From Candidatus Omnitrophota bacterium (lineage in GTDB: Bacteria; Omnitrophota; Gorgyraeia; Gygaellales; Profunditerraquicolaceae): DNA of 58,624 nucleotides. Below are positions 25,529 to 35,252 of this stretch, piece after piece; positions within the stretch are counted from its first letter, which is position 1; the number at the start of each line of letters is the position of its first letter. The notes below the pieces were generated by a model. It was not told where the DNA came from. It did no database searches and worked only from the letters and a program-made list of their open reading frames with translations. Location: contig JBAZDY010000001.1 in the NCBI GenBank assembly GCA_041654215.1, positions 1 to 58,624 on the forward strand, read 5' to 3'. Position numbers and translations under genes: made by a program.

Positions 25529-26560
25529 CTACCCGAAGAAAACTTTGGCGATATCGTAAAACTCTTTATCTACGGTCTTCAGCTCCTTGACGGCGTCGCC
25601 GAGCGGCACATCCACTATTTTATTGCCTGAAAGGGCCACCATGCGGCCGAATTTCTTCTCTTTCAGCAGTTCGACGGCTTTCACCCCGAATCGGGTGCCC
25701 AGGACCCTGTCGAAAGCGGTCGGGGAACCGCCGCGCTGTATGTGCCCCAGCACGCTCACTCTGGTTTCGAACCCTGTGCGCTTTTCGATCTCCTGGCCAA
25801 GCTTTTCGCCGATCCCTCCCAGCCGCACGTGGCCGAAATCGTCAAGTTTCTGTTCCTGCGTGACGAACGTCCCTTCCTTGAACTGGGCGCCTTCCGCCAC
25901 GACGACTATACTGAAGGTCTTGCCTCTCTGATGACGCTTATTTACTATAGCGCAGACCTCATCGAGGTCTATCGGCACTTCCGGGATAAGTATCACGTCC
26001 GCGCCGCCGGCTATCCCGGCTTCGACCGCTATCCATCCGGCGTGCCTTCCCATCACCTCGGCGACTATTATCCTGTGATGGCTCTCCGCCGTGGTGTGCA
26101 GGCGGTCTATGCATTCTGTGGCGACGTTCAGCGCCGTGTCGAAACCAAAGGTATAATCGGTGCAGGAGAGATCGTTATCTATGGTCTTGGGCACTCCCAC
26201 CACGTTGTTGATGCCGTCTTTGAAGAGTTTGGCCGCTACCCCCAGGGTGTCTTCGCCTCCCACCGCTATCAGCGCGTCCAGCTCCAGCCTGGAGAAATTT
26301 TCCTTGACCATCTCCACGCCGTTCTCTTTCTTGTAGGGGTTGGTGCGGCTGGTCCCGAGAATGGTGCCCCCTTTGGGCAGGATACCGGAAACGGTATCTA
26401 TGGTCAAAGGCATTGTGTCGTTCTCTATCAGGCCCTTCCATCCGTTCCTGATACCGGTTATTTCATATCCCTCCAGCAGCCCTTTGCGCACTACCGCCCT
26501 GATAACGGGATTCAGCCCCGGGCAATCTCCCCCTCCGGTAAGTATTCCCACTTTCTTCAT
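25529..26560 (-). CDS. 6-phosphofructokinase (ATP- or PPi-dependent; GGEDT type)
   Basis: GILTGGGDCPGLN, VGGEDTLG, PKTIDND, MGRHAGW and LGHIQRGG. Confidence 0.9.
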   Translation of the reverse strand: MKKVGILTGGGDCPGLNPVIRAVVRKGLLEGYEITGIRNGWKGLIENDTMPLTIDTVSGILPKGGTILGTSRTNPYKKENGVEMVKENFSRLELDALIAVGGEDTLGVAAKLFKDGINNVVGVPKTIDNDLSCTDYTFGFDTALNVATECIDRLHTTAESHHRIIVAEVMGRHAGWIAVEAGIAGGADVILIPEVPIDLDEVCAIVNKRHQRGKTFSIVVVAEGAQFKEGTFVTQEQKLDDFGHVRLGGIGEKLGQEIEKRTGFETRVSVLGHIQRGGSPTAFDRVLGTRFGVKAVELLKEKKFGRMVALSGNKIVDVPLGDAVKELKTVDKEFYDIAKVFFG

Positions 26561-26581
26561 TTCCCTGTCCTCCGTAGTCTT

Positions 26582-26610
26582 TTACTAATTATTTCTCTTT
26601 TTATTGTCAA
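26582..26610 (-). promoter_or_regulatory. Sigma70-like promoter upstream of pfk
   Basis: On the minus strand: TTGACA (26610-26605), 17-nt spacer, TAGTAA (26587-26582). SD GGAGGA lies before the ATG at 26560. Confidence 0.35.
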
Positions 26611-26647
26611 CGTTTTTTCAGTCTGTCTGCTGCGTCATTGCGCCTTT

Positions 26648-26662
26648 ATGAAGCTCCCCGGT
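26648..26662 (-). repeat. Isolated box C fragment of the dispersed element
   Basis: The minus strand reads ccggggagcttcata, identical to 102-116 of copy 1. It lies directly after the stop of the AmaP-like gene. Confidence 0.4.
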
Positions 26663-26665
26663 GCT

Positions 26666-27286
26666 TTATAATCTCCCGTATCCTCCGTAAGGCAAACCGG
26701 CCTGCTGTTCCATCGGCTCGGCTACGGACTGCGACTTGCGTTTTTTATCCTTTTCTTCGCTGGTGATTATCTTGGCGATATGTATGCGTATATTTATCTG
26801 TTCTTCTATGCCGAGGGCGCTTTGTATCTTGGATTTGGTCAAGTCCTGCAGTCTGGCGGTCAGTTCCGGGATATTGGCCTCTGATCTCAGGATCACCCGC
26901 AGGTCGACCATAAGTCCTTTCTTTCCGGCGATTACATCCGGGCGCAGTTCGCGTATCTCCGGCAGAAGAGCGGCTATCCTGCGGATCAGGTCCTCCACCG
27001 CCGACAACGCCACGGTCACTTCTCCCGAAGGAGTGGTAAAAGCGATCGTCTTTTCGCTCTGAAAACGCCCCAGGATGAGCTGGGCGAAAGAAAAGCTGAT
27101 AAGAATAAGCAGCAGGCCGGAAAGGCCGACGATTAGACGGGTGTTCAACCCCGATTGCAGGTAAACAAGGACGTCGCTTATCTGCGCGGGCTGGAGAAGA
27201 TTGAAAGAATAGACGATAAGGCCGGCGCCTATGATAATAAGGACCGTAGCGTAAAAAACTATCCCCAGCGAATTAAAGAACCTCAT
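26666..27286 (-). CDS. AmaP-like membrane anchor protein (Asp23 partner)
   Basis: Two N-terminal TM helices, then a soluble domain. It lies immediately downstream of an Asp23-family gene. Confidence 0.5.
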   Translation of the reverse strand: MRFFNSLGIVFYATVLIIIGAGLIVYSFNLLQPAQISDVLVYLQSGLNTRLIVGLSGLLLILISFSFAQLILGRFQSEKTIAFTTPSGEVTVALSAVEDLIRRIAALLPEIRELRPDVIAGKKGLMVDLRVILRSEANIPELTARLQDLTKSKIQSALGIEEQINIRIHIAKIITSEEKDKKRKSQSVAEPMEQQAGLPYGGYGRL

Positions 27287-27327
27287 TTGGCCCCCCTCCC
27301 ATTCTCATCCGACTGCAGGATGGATTC

Positions 27328-27705
27328 TTATGACTGCCTTGAAGATGCCTCATCCTTTTCGATGCCCTGTACCGCTACGTTTATGTTCCTGACGGTGAGA
27401 TTAGTCATTTTCTCCAGGGCGTTGCGGACATTCTCCTGCACTTTATTGGCAACTTCAGGCACGTTAAAGTTATATCTGATCACCAGCGGAAGTTCAACGC
27501 AGACCTCGTCGTTTTTCTCGAACATCACCTTTACGGAAGAATAACTTCGCCGGCCTACCATCTCCCAAAGGCCCATTTTAAAGTCTTTGCCTATCTTCCT
27601 GACCCCTTCGATCTCGAGGGCGGCGAGGGACGCTATGGAAGCGATCACGTTCTTGTGTATCTTTATCGTCCCCAGGTCGAGTGTGGATTCTTCTTTGTGC
27701 ATCAC
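27328..27705 (-). CDS. Asp23/Gls24-family envelope stress protein
   Basis: [25 protein letters not shown] is the family signature at the N-terminus. Confidence 0.75.
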   Translation of the reverse strand: MMHKEESTLDLGTIKIHKNVIASIASLAALEIEGVRKIGKDFKMGLWEMVGRRSYSSVKVMFEKNDEVCVELPLVIRYNFNVPEVANKVQENVRNALEKMTNLTVRNINVAVQGIEKDEASSRQS

Positions 27706-29060
27706 TCCTCCGCTTTGCTTTCTTTATACATGTCCTGCACGAAATGAGTGGAGACGTCACCTTTTAGGAACAAGGTATTCTCCAGCAGGCGCTGGTGAAA
27801 CGGGATCGTCGTTTTGATAGGGCCGATGACCAACTCGCTCAAAGCGCGCTGCATTACCCTGACCGCCTCCTGGCGGTTTCTGCCGTGCGCGATAATCTTG
27901 GCGACAAGCGAATCGTAATGCGGGCTGATCTCGTATCCCTGGTATATGTGGGTATCCACCCTGACGCCCGGCCCTCCGGGCAGCAGCAGAGTCTCGATCT
28001 TTCCCGGGCAGGGCAGGAAGTTTTTGTCCGGGTCTTCCGCGTTTATACGGCATTCTATGGCGGCTCCGTTGATCCTTATCTCTTCCTGGTGGGTCGAAAT
28101 ACGCTCTCCGCAGGCGATCTTGAGCTGTTCTTTTATCAAGTCTATGCCGGTTACCATTTCGGTGACCGGATGCTCGACCTGGATGCGGGTATTCATTTCC
28201 ATAAAATAAAAGTTGCTGCGCGCGTCAAGCAGAAATTCCATCGTTCCGGCGCTGACGTAATTCACGGATTTTACGCCCTTCACCGCCAGTTCCCCGAGAC
28301 GCTTGCGCAGTTTGCCGTCTATCGCCGGGGACGGCGACTCCTCCAGAAGCTTCTGGTGGCGGCGCTGGATACTGCAATCGCGCTCGCCCAGATAGACGGT
28401 CTTGCCGTATTTATCGGCGAGAAGCTGTATCTCGACGTGCCTTGGTTTTTCGATGTATTTCTCTATGTAAACGTTGGGGTTGCCGAAATTATTGTCCGCT
28501 TCCTGCTGGGCGACCATCAGGCTGCTCATCAGACTTATATCGTTATGGCAGATGCGCATTCCCTTGCCGCCGCCGCCGGAGGAGGCCTTGATGATCACCG
28601 GATAGCCGATCTTTTTGGCGATCTTGACCGCTTCTTCTTTCTTCTCGATCACCGCCGTGCTGCCGGGAACGATCGGCAGGCCGGCCTTCTGCATGGAGAG
28701 GCGCGCCGCCATTTTGTCTCCCATCAGGCGTATGTTGTCGGTGGTCGGGCCGATGAAGGTTATCTTGCAGGATTCGCAGATCTCCGCGAAATGCGGGTTC
28801 TCCGCGAGAAAACCGTAACCTGGATGAATCGCCTCCACGTCCGTTATCTCGGCCGCGCTTATGATCGCCGGGATATTGAGATAACTGCCGGCGCTGGCGG
28901 CCTTGCCGATGCAGATCGCTTCGTCCGCCATGCGGACGTGCAGGGAATTCCTGTCGGCCTCGGAAAAAACGGCAACGGTTGTCACACCCAGCTCGCGGCA
29001 GGCGCGGATTATGCGCAAGGCTATCTCGCCCCTGTTGGCTATCAGTATTTTAGAGAACAT
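27702..29060 (-). CDS. accC: Acetyl-CoA carboxylase, biotin carboxylase subunit
   Basis: [47 protein letters not shown]. Confidence 0.95.
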   Translation of the reverse strand: MFSKILIANRGEIALRIIRACRELGVTTVAVFSEADRNSLHVRMADEAICIGKAASAGSYLNIPAIISAAEITDVEAIHPGYGFLAENPHFAEICESCKITFIGPTTDNIRLMGDKMAARLSMQKAGLPIVPGSTAVIEKKEEAVKIAKKIGYPVIIKASSGGGGKGMRICHNDISLMSSLMVAQQEADNNFGNPNVYIEKYIEKPRHVEIQLLADKYGKTVYLGERDCSIQRRHQKLLEESPSPAIDGKLRKRLGELAVKGVKSVNYVSAGTMEFLLDARSNFYFMEMNTRIQVEHPVTEMVTGIDLIKEQLKIACGERISTHQEEIRINGAAIECRINAEDPDKNFLPCPGKIETLLLPGGPGVRVDTHIYQGYEISPHYDSLVAKIIAHGRNRQEAVRVMQRALSELVIGPIKTTIPFHQRLLENTLFLKGDVSTHFVQDMYKESKAEE

Positions 29061-29073
29061 CGGCGCGGTTTTT

Positions 29074-29535
29074 TTAGACGGGTTCGATAAGGAATAAAGG
29101 CTGGCCGAATTCTACCGGTTCGGCGTTATCCACCAGGATCTGCACGACCCTTCCCTTTATCTCGGATTTTATCTCGTTCATCAGCTTCATGGCTTCTATG
29201 ATGCAGATCACCTGCCCCGTTTCCAGGGGCTGGTTGACCTCCACGTAAGGGGGCGCCTCGGGAGACGGCGCCCTGTAAAAAGTCCCCACCATGGGAGATT
29301 TTATTTCTAAGGTATTTCCGGCAGGGGCCTTCCCGGCGGAAACCGGGGCTTCTTTGACCTGCGGGGCCTCTCCGGCCTTTTCCTTTTCGATAAGTATGGG
29401 GCCGCCGGGATAGCCTTCGGAAGCCGGGCCGCTTTTCTTGAGCCGGATGCGCATGCCTTCCTTTTCGATCTCCAGCTCCATAAGACCGTTCTCGTTCATC
29501 AGGGTTACCATATCCTTGATCTCTTTAATGTTCAT
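29074..29535 (-). CDS. accB: Acetyl-CoA carboxylase, biotin carboxyl carrier protein
   Basis: Pro/Ala linker and the biotinylation motif [12 protein letters not shown]. Confidence 0.9.
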   Translation of the reverse strand: MNIKEIKDMVTLMNENGLMELEIEKEGMRIRLKKSGPASEGYPGGPILIEKEKAGEAPQVKEAPVSAGKAPAGNTLEIKSPMVGTFYRAPSPEAPPYVEVNQPLETGQVICIIEAMKLMNEIKSEIKGRVVQILVDNAEPVEFGQPLFLIEPV

Positions 29536-29563
29536 CTGGCACCTGCCTTTCCGGAGCGCGGCC

Positions 29564-30130
29564 TCACTTGTTTATACGTTCCACGTATCCGCCGCTGCGG
29601 GTATCGACTTTTATGCTGTCGCCTATCTCAATGAAAAGAGGGACCTGGACCATGGCCCCGGTTTCTATCTCGGCCGGTTTCGTCCCGCTCTTCGCGGTGT
29701 CGCCCTTGATGCCGGGCTCGGTGTGTTTTATCTTTACTTCGATGAAATTGGGAAGATTCACGGTGAGCACTTCGTTCTTGAAGAAACAGGCGGTGACTTC
29801 TATGTTGTCCAGGAGGAACTTGGTCTTCTCCCCCATATCTTTTTCGTTTATGCTGATCTCCTCGAAATTGTCCTGGTCCATGAGATAAAACATCCCGCCC
29901 GATGCATACTGGTACTGGAGCTTGCGTTCCTCTATGTAAGCCTCCTCTATCTTTTCGTCTCCGCGGAAGGTCATCTCCTGAACGTTACCGTTCTTGACGT
30001 TGCGCAATTTGACCCGCACAAAGGCCGCGCCTTTGCCGGGCTTGACGTGATGAAATTCCAGGACCGCGTAAACTATATTGTCCACCAGAACGGTCAATCC
30101 GTTCTTGAATTCATTTATCGAGATCGCCAC
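29564..30130 (-). CDS. efp: Elongation factor P
   Basis: FKNGLTV...HVKPGKGAAFVRVKLRN. The length is 188 aa. Confidence 0.95.
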   Translation of the reverse strand: MAISINEFKNGLTVLVDNIVYAVLEFHHVKPGKGAAFVRVKLRNVKNGNVQEMTFRGDEKIEEAYIEERKLQYQYASGGMFYLMDQDNFEEISINEKDMGEKTKFLLDNIEVTACFFKNEVLTVNLPNFIEVKIKHTEPGIKGDTAKSGTKPAEIETGAMVQVPLFIEIGDSIKVDTRSGGYVERINK

Positions 30131-31175
30131 TAAGTACCTCCGTTCCTTTCCCGCCGACCAGAACCATATCCTCTATCCTGATGCCGAACTTACCCGGCAG
30201 GTAAACCGCCGGCTCCAGCGTGAAGACCATTCCCGGCAAAAGCCAGCCGCTCTCGTTCTTCGAGATACGCGGAAGTTCATGGACGTCCAACCCCACTCCG
30301 TGTCCCAGGCTATGCCCGAAATACCTGCCGTATCCGCTGTTGACGATATGACTGCGCGCGGCGGCATCCACCTCGCAGGCTGGAACGCCGGCTGACGCCG
30401 CCTCCAGCGCTTTTTCCTGCGCAGTCAGCACGATTTCATACACTTTCGCCTCAAGAGGAGTAATTTTACCCGAAAAGAAAACCCTTGTCAAGTCGGATTT
30501 GTAGCCCTGGTATTCGGCTCCTATATCCACCAGCACCGCTTCGTTTTTAAGTATCTTTCGCTCTGAAGTAAGGTGGTGCGGCTTGCTGGAATTAGGCCCC
30601 GAGGCGACTATGACGCCGAACGCCGGCCGCTCCGCTCCCAATCCGCGCATATATGATTCAAGTTCGAAAGCGACCTCTTTTTCGCTTCTTCCGGCCAGGC
30701 GCATGCGCGAAGCCCTGCGCAGCGCCGAAGCCGCGATACGAACCGCCTCCCTTATTTTCGTCATCTCTTGGGCGGTCTTGACCCTGCGCAATCCCTCCGC
30801 CATACCCGGCAAGGGGAACAATTCCGTACCTTGCCCTAAAGCGGCGGAAAGACGGCTGTAATAGAGATACGTAAGGTGCTCCGGCTCGAAAGCGAGTCTG
30901 CGCACCTTAAGCCTGCGGCAGACGGTCTGTATTGAGGCGCAAAGCGAAGATTCCACCTGTATTATCCGGCAGCCTTTTATTGCGCGGGAGGATTCCTCGA
31001 GATAACGGAAATCGGTAAAATAAAAGCACTCTTTTGCGCTGACCAGCAGGAAAGAATCGCGGCAGGGATAGGCACAAAGATAAGATACATTCGCGGGGTC
31101 GATGAACAGCATGGCGGCGCCGCCGCCGCAAGCCGTCAGTTGCTCTCTGAGCGCCTTCAAAGCCGGAATATTCAT
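30111..31175 (-). CDS. M24-family Xaa-Pro aminopeptidase
   Basis: [35 protein letters not shown] and IRIEDMV metal-ligand motifs. Confidence 0.85.
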   Translation of the reverse strand: MNIPALKALREQLTACGGGAAMLFIDPANVSYLCAYPCRDSFLLVSAKECFYFTDFRYLEESSRAIKGCRIIQVESSLCASIQTVCRRLKVRRLAFEPEHLTYLYYSRLSAALGQGTELFPLPGMAEGLRRVKTAQEMTKIREAVRIAASALRRASRMRLAGRSEKEVAFELESYMRGLGAERPAFGVIVASGPNSSKPHHLTSERKILKNEAVLVDIGAEYQGYKSDLTRVFFSGKITPLEAKVYEIVLTAQEKALEAASAGVPACEVDAAARSHIVNSGYGRYFGHSLGHGVGLDVHELPRISKNESGWLLPGMVFTLEPAVYLPGKFGIRIEDMVLVGGKGTEVLSGDLDK

Positions 31176-31630
31176 TCGGTCTGAAGGATATCCAGGAGCG
31201 CTTCCAGGCCGAGCCGGTAACTATCCGCGCCGAAACCGGCGACCACGCCTCTTGCCACCGGCGAGATCAGCGATTTACGGCGAAACTGTTCGCGCGAATG
31301 GACATTTGAAAGATGCACCTCTACTGCGGGCAGGCCGGACGCGGCTATGGCATCGCGGATAGCGACGCTGGTGTGCGTGTATGCCGCGGGATTTATCAGG
31401 ATACCGTCAAAACTGCCCGGCGCGGCCCCTATCTTTTTGACGATATCTCCCTCGATATCGGATTGCAGAAAAGACAGTTTCGCCTTCCGCGGCTCAGCGG
31501 TCTTCCTTAAAAGCGCGTTTACGGCGTCCAGGGTAGTTCTGCCGTAAACCGCGGGCTCGCGCCTGCCCAACAGGGCCAGGTTAGGTCCATGAATAACAAG
31601 TATCTTTTTGGAAACAGGCATAATTTTCAA
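31172..31630 (-). CDS. aroQ: Type II 3-dehydroquinate dehydratase
   Basis: [32 protein letters not shown] and EVHLSN. Confidence 0.9.
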   Translation of the reverse strand: MKIMPVSKKILVIHGPNLALLGRREPAVYGRTTLDAVNALLRKTAEPRKAKLSFLQSDIEGDIVKKIGAAPGSFDGILINPAAYTHTSVAIRDAIAASGLPAVEVHLSNVHSREQFRRKSLISPVARGVVAGFGADSYRLGLEALLDILQTE

Positions 31631-31857
31631 CCTTTTGACGGCAATTCCGCCTTCTCGATGATCAGTATAGGGATACCGTTTTTAACCGGATAACGTCTTG
31701 AGCAGGATAAACAGTAGAGAAAATCCGCGGCTGCGCCGCTCTTCATGTCTCCCCCGCAGGCCGGGCAGGCCAGGATATCCAGTAATTCTTTATCGATGCC
31801 GCAGGTCACGCTCCGGCTGTTCGCGCTCTCGTCTGCGGTATCCGGTGTTTTTTTCAT
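31627..31857 (-). CDS. Trm112/YcaR-family small zinc-ribbon protein
   Basis: [12 protein letters not shown]...[20 protein letters not shown]. Confidence 0.75.
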   Translation of the reverse strand: MKKTPDTADESANSRSVTCGIDKELLDILACPACGGDMKSGAAADFLYCLSCSRRYPVKNGIPILIIEKAELPSKG

Positions 31858-32195
31858 TTGTTATTCTCCACGTATTGCAGTCTCAATTCGTAAAGCGCGT
31901 TCTCCAGCAGCCGCCCCTCTTCTTCGCTGAGATTCCCGGAAGTCTTCTCCTGCAGCATCGCCAGGGTGTCTATCAGGAACTTCGCCTGGGAAAGATTGGA
32001 CTCTTTTTTTCCGGTAGAGGGGTTGGCGACGATGCCCAGCGCGATGGAGGCCTGTAAGGCCATGCTGGTCACAAAAATGTTAAAATCCGCTTCCGGAGGC
32101 GTAAACCCGCCATCCTTGCTGTCCGGCGACTTCTCTTTTTCGACCGAATCCTTCCAGGACTCGTCGACCTTCTTCTTTTCGTCTTGTTTATCCAC
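31854..32195 (-). CDS. DUF1844-family protein
   Basis: FVTSMALQASIALG...NPSTGK...AKFLIDTLAMLQEKTSGNLSEEE...LYELRLQYV. Confidence 0.6.
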   Translation of the reverse strand: MDKQDEKKKVDESWKDSVEKEKSPDSKDGGFTPPEADFNIFVTSMALQASIALGIVANPSTGKKESNLSQAKFLIDTLAMLQEKTSGNLSEEEGRLLENALYELRLQYVENNK

Positions 32196-32222
32196 GCTTT
32201 TTTCCTTTCCCGCGCCCGGACT

Positions 32223-33041
32223 TCAGTAGATAACGACGCCGGCGTAGCCTACAACGCTGGAGAAATCGCCGCTCACCTCTCCGCTGTTGGCATATTCCAT
32301 GATCTCCGCCTTGACCGCTCCGAGCCGCTTTGCCGCCTCAAGCAGAGACATTACCGGGGCGTAACCGCACATGCTTATATCCATTTCCAGAACGCGCCGG
32401 TAAAGCTCCTCGGCGTCAAGGCCGCAAACCGCATCCAGCGCCGCCCTGTCCTTTTTTCCGGCGCTTGAACTATTTTCGTAATGCGTCATGTCGCTGCTGG
32501 CCGCTATCAGCACCGACCCGGGAGGGAAAGACTTCTTTACCGCATTCGCAATGGCGCGCCCTAATTCTATCAGTTCGCAAGGGCCGCCCCCGCCTATGCA
32601 TACGGGGAATATGCGAAAATCCCCGCCGAGATATTGAAAAAACGGTAATTCCACTTCCAGGGAGTGTTCGGCCTCGTGCGCGCTGTCGTCTTCGCGAAGC
32701 AAAGCGCATTCCGCGGTGAGGGCGGCCGCCATCTCATCATCCGCGCGGCACTTGCCCAGAGGCGTTTCCCAGGTCTGTAAAGAAAAACTGAACGGGCTTC
32801 CGGCGCCGGTATGGTTGGGGCCGAGCAGTATGAGGTGAGGCCTTATGCGCAAAGACGAAACCGTGCGGCCCGCGACCTTACCGGAATACACATAACCCGC
32901 GTGCGGCAGTATGCATCCTATCGCCTCGGTTTTTGAGCGTCCGGGGTCCACCAGCGATTCCACCTGCCTGCGCAGGGCCTCCGGAGCGCTCTCGTAAAAG
33001 CGCCCCGCGGCCGCCGGCGGACGTAAACGCGTCTTAAGCAT
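32223..33041 (-). CDS. MEMO1 / AmmeMemoRadiSam system protein B family
   Basis: GCILPHAGYVYSG, LGPNH, HSLEVELPF and SSDMTHY motifs. Confidence 0.75.
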   Translation of the reverse strand: MLKTRLRPPAAAGRFYESAPEALRRQVESLVDPGRSKTEAIGCILPHAGYVYSGKVAGRTVSSLRIRPHLILLGPNHTGAGSPFSFSLQTWETPLGKCRADDEMAAALTAECALLREDDSAHEAEHSLEVELPFFQYLGGDFRIFPVCIGGGGPCELIELGRAIANAVKKSFPPGSVLIAASSDMTHYENSSSAGKKDRAALDAVCGLDAEELYRRVLEMDISMCGYAPVMSLLEAAKRLGAVKAEIMEYANSGEVSGDFSSVVGYAGVVIY

Positions 33042-33954
33042 GTATTATCCTTTCAAGGAATGAAAGAGACCCGGAAACGCTTTCCCCGGAAGCCGGAGCA
33101 TGCGCCTCAATCACCCGCAAAGGACATTCCCTTATTTCCTCGGCCATACTCCGGAAATCTATCTCACCGTCCGCCGAAGGCGGAAGATGATCCTGAAAGT
33201 TTTTAACATTGTGTAAATGCAGACCGCCCAGAAAAAAAGAATATCGAGCCATAAAAGCTCCCGCGGCCGCCAACCCGAGGTTTTCGATAATCCTGCCGTG
33301 GCCGGTATCATACCAGAAACAAAGGCTTGAGCCGGTGAAGCGACGGAATATCTCGCCGGTCTCTTCAAAAGACGGGATCTCCCGGTAATAGAACCTGTTC
33401 TCTATCCCGAGTTTTATGCCCCGGCGCGAAGCGTAGGAGTCGAGTTCCTCAAGGCTGCGCAGGGCGTTGGAAAAGAAAACGCCAGCGGCATCCTTTCTTT
33501 CGCGGATGAATTCCTTTCTGGTCTGCGCCAGGAGGGCGTTCCCTTCTTCTCCCCGGAGGCGCAGGGCTATCATTTCCCGCGTCCTGTCCTTTATCTCCAC
33601 GCGCCCGCAATGCAAAACAACCGCCTCGGCATTCAATTCCGCGGCGGTATCTATGCTTATTTTGGCAAATTTTACGGCGGCCGCGCGCTCTTGCCGGTCC
33701 GTAGAAGACATGGAATAACAATCCGGCAGGGCCTTTCCCCTTTCCATCCCTTCCGGCACCGGACAGTAGTTATGCACGCTCGATACGCGAAACCCGCGTT
33801 TTCCGGAGGCTTTCTTCACGTCGTCAACCATTTCCCGGGTGAGGTTGAATCCTAATTCCACCTCCGTAAACCCAAGAGCCAATATCTCAAAAAGCATTTC
33901 CCCGCCGGAAGAATGCCTGAAGGCGTTCCAGGAGGTCGAGAGCGAAAAAGGCAT
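33034..33954 (-). CDS. Xylose isomerase-like TIM-barrel protein (sugar phosphate isomerase/epimerase family)
   Basis: FTEVELGF, SVHNYCP, VVLHCG, LGIENR and WYDTGH blocks are typical of the AP_endonuc_2 fold. Confidence 0.6.
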   Translation of the reverse strand: MPFSLSTSWNAFRHSSGGEMLFEILALGFTEVELGFNLTREMVDDVKKASGKRGFRVSSVHNYCPVPEGMERGKALPDCYSMSSTDRQERAAAVKFAKISIDTAAELNAEAVVLHCGRVEIKDRTREMIALRLRGEEGNALLAQTRKEFIRERKDAAGVFFSNALRSLEELDSYASRRGIKLGIENRFYYREIPSFEETGEIFRRFTGSSLCFWYDTGHGRIIENLGLAAAGAFMARYSFFLGGLHLHNVKNFQDHLPPSADGEIDFRSMAEEIRECPLRVIEAHAPASGESVSGSLSFLERIIHA

Positions 33955-33963
33955 CTTCCCGCG

Positions 33964-34125
33964 TTAACGCTTGCGGCGCGCCTTTTTCCTTCGTTTTTCA
34001 CTCGGCTTTTCGTAATGCTTGCGGTCGCGTACTTCTTTCAGAATACCTTCCTGTTCGATCTGCCTCTTAAAACGGCGCAGCGCCGCTTCAAACGACTCGT
34101 CTTTCTTGATCTCTACTTTTGACAT
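33964..34125 (-). CDS. rpsU: 30S ribosomal protein S21 (not in the supplied ORF track; 53 aa)
   Basis: My own translation: [60 protein letters not shown] lies upstream. Confidence 0.9.
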   Translation of the reverse strand: MSKVEIKKDESFEAALRRFKRQIEQEGILKEVRDRKHYEKPSEKRRKKARRKR

Positions 34126-34148
34126 TTGGCATCATCTCCTTTTGCAAC

Positions 34149-34177
34149 AATATAACATCCTTGAAAATCCTTGTCAA
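34149..34177 (-). promoter_or_regulatory. Sigma70-like promoter for rpsU
   Basis: On the minus strand: TTGACA (34177-34172), 17-nt spacer, TATATT (34154-34149), about 24 nt upstream of the ATG. Confidence 0.5.
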
Positions 34178-34189
34178 TCAGGTTCTATT

Positions 34190-34297
34190 GCGCTGTTAAA
34201 TAAGTTCTTTAAACAGCGCATAGAGCAATCGAGAGCCGAAAATCGAAATTTGATTCGATAAAAGTTATCGATTGCGGTCTAATTTCGATTCTCGATT
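34190..34297. repeat. Cluster of nested palindromes rich in TCGA
   Basis: gcgctgttaaa/tttaaacagcgc (34190-34219); aatcgaaatt/aatttcgatt (34241-34250/34281-34290); aatcgag/ctcgatt (34227-34233/34291-34297); tcgataa/ttatcga in the centre. Confidence 0.6.
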
Positions 34298-34298
34298 A

Positions 34299-35252
34299 TC
34301 AAAAACTTACCTGGATATCCTTAAACCACCGGCAGGTATTCTCAAGCCCTTCCTCAAGCGGGACCAGAGGGCGCCAGCCGAGCAGCTTTACCGCCAGGGA
34401 GATGTCGGGTTTCCGCCTGCGCGGATCGCCGGCAGAGGCTTTTAGAAAACGCAGTCCCGCCTTGTTGCCGGTAAAACGGTTTATCATACCCGCCAGCTTG
34501 AGTATGCTGATCTCCTGCGGGTTCCCGAGGTTGACCGGACCGGGCACTCCGCGCAGGGCCAAGCGCAGCAGTCCTTCCACCATATCCGCTATGTAGCAGA
34601 ACGACCTGGTCTGACTGCCGTCACCGTTGACCGGCAAGGGCCTGCCTGAGACTGCGGCGCAGATCATATTGGAAACTACCCTGCCGTCGGAAGCCAGCAT
34701 CCCTTCGCCGTAAGTATTGAATATCCTGGCTATACAGCCCTCGGTTCTGCCCGCGCCGCGGTATGCCGCGACTGCGGCTTCCGAAAAGCGTTTTGCCTCG
34801 TCGTAACAGCTGCGCGGACCCACGGGATCGACGTTGCCGAAATAATCCTCACGCTGGGGATGCATCAGAGGATCGCCGTAAACCTCTGATGTGGACGCCA
34901 GTATAAAACGCGCGCCGGCAAGCGAGGCGGCTTCCAGGCAATTCATCGTCCCGATCGAACCGGTGCGCAGAGTCAAAAGAGGCAGACGCATATAGGCCTT
35001 AGGAGAAGCCGGGCAGGCCAAATGAAAAAAATAACCGAACTTTCCGGGGAGCTTGAAAGGCCGGTTGATATCGAAACGCAGGAAATCGAAACGGGGATCG
35101 CGCCTGAGTCCGCGCAGGGCCCGGAGGCCGCTTGTCGCGAAAGAATCGAGGCATACCACGCGCATTCCTTCGGCTATTAGACGGCGGCATAAATGGGCCC
35201 CGATAAACCCCGCCCCCCCGGCCACCACCGCCGTCTTCCTCTTTGCGCTCAT
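34299..35252 (-). CDS. NAD-dependent UDP-glucuronate decarboxylase-like SDR (UXS family)
   Basis: VAGGAGFIGAHLCRRL Rossmann motif, the catalytic YDEAKR, and RIFNTYG. Confidence 0.8.
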   Translation of the reverse strand: MSAKRKTAVVAGGAGFIGAHLCRRLIAEGMRVVCLDSFATSGLRALRGLRRDPRFDFLRFDINRPFKLPGKFGYFFHLACPASPKAYMRLPLLTLRTGSIGTMNCLEAASLAGARFILASTSEVYGDPLMHPQREDYFGNVDPVGPRSCYDEAKRFSEAAVAAYRGAGRTEGCIARIFNTYGEGMLASDGRVVSNMICAAVSGRPLPVNGDGSQTRSFCYIADMVEGLLRLALRGVPGPVNLGNPQEISILKLAGMINRFTGNKAGLRFLKASAGDPRRRKPDISLAVKLLGWRPLVPLEEGLENTCRWFKDIQVSF

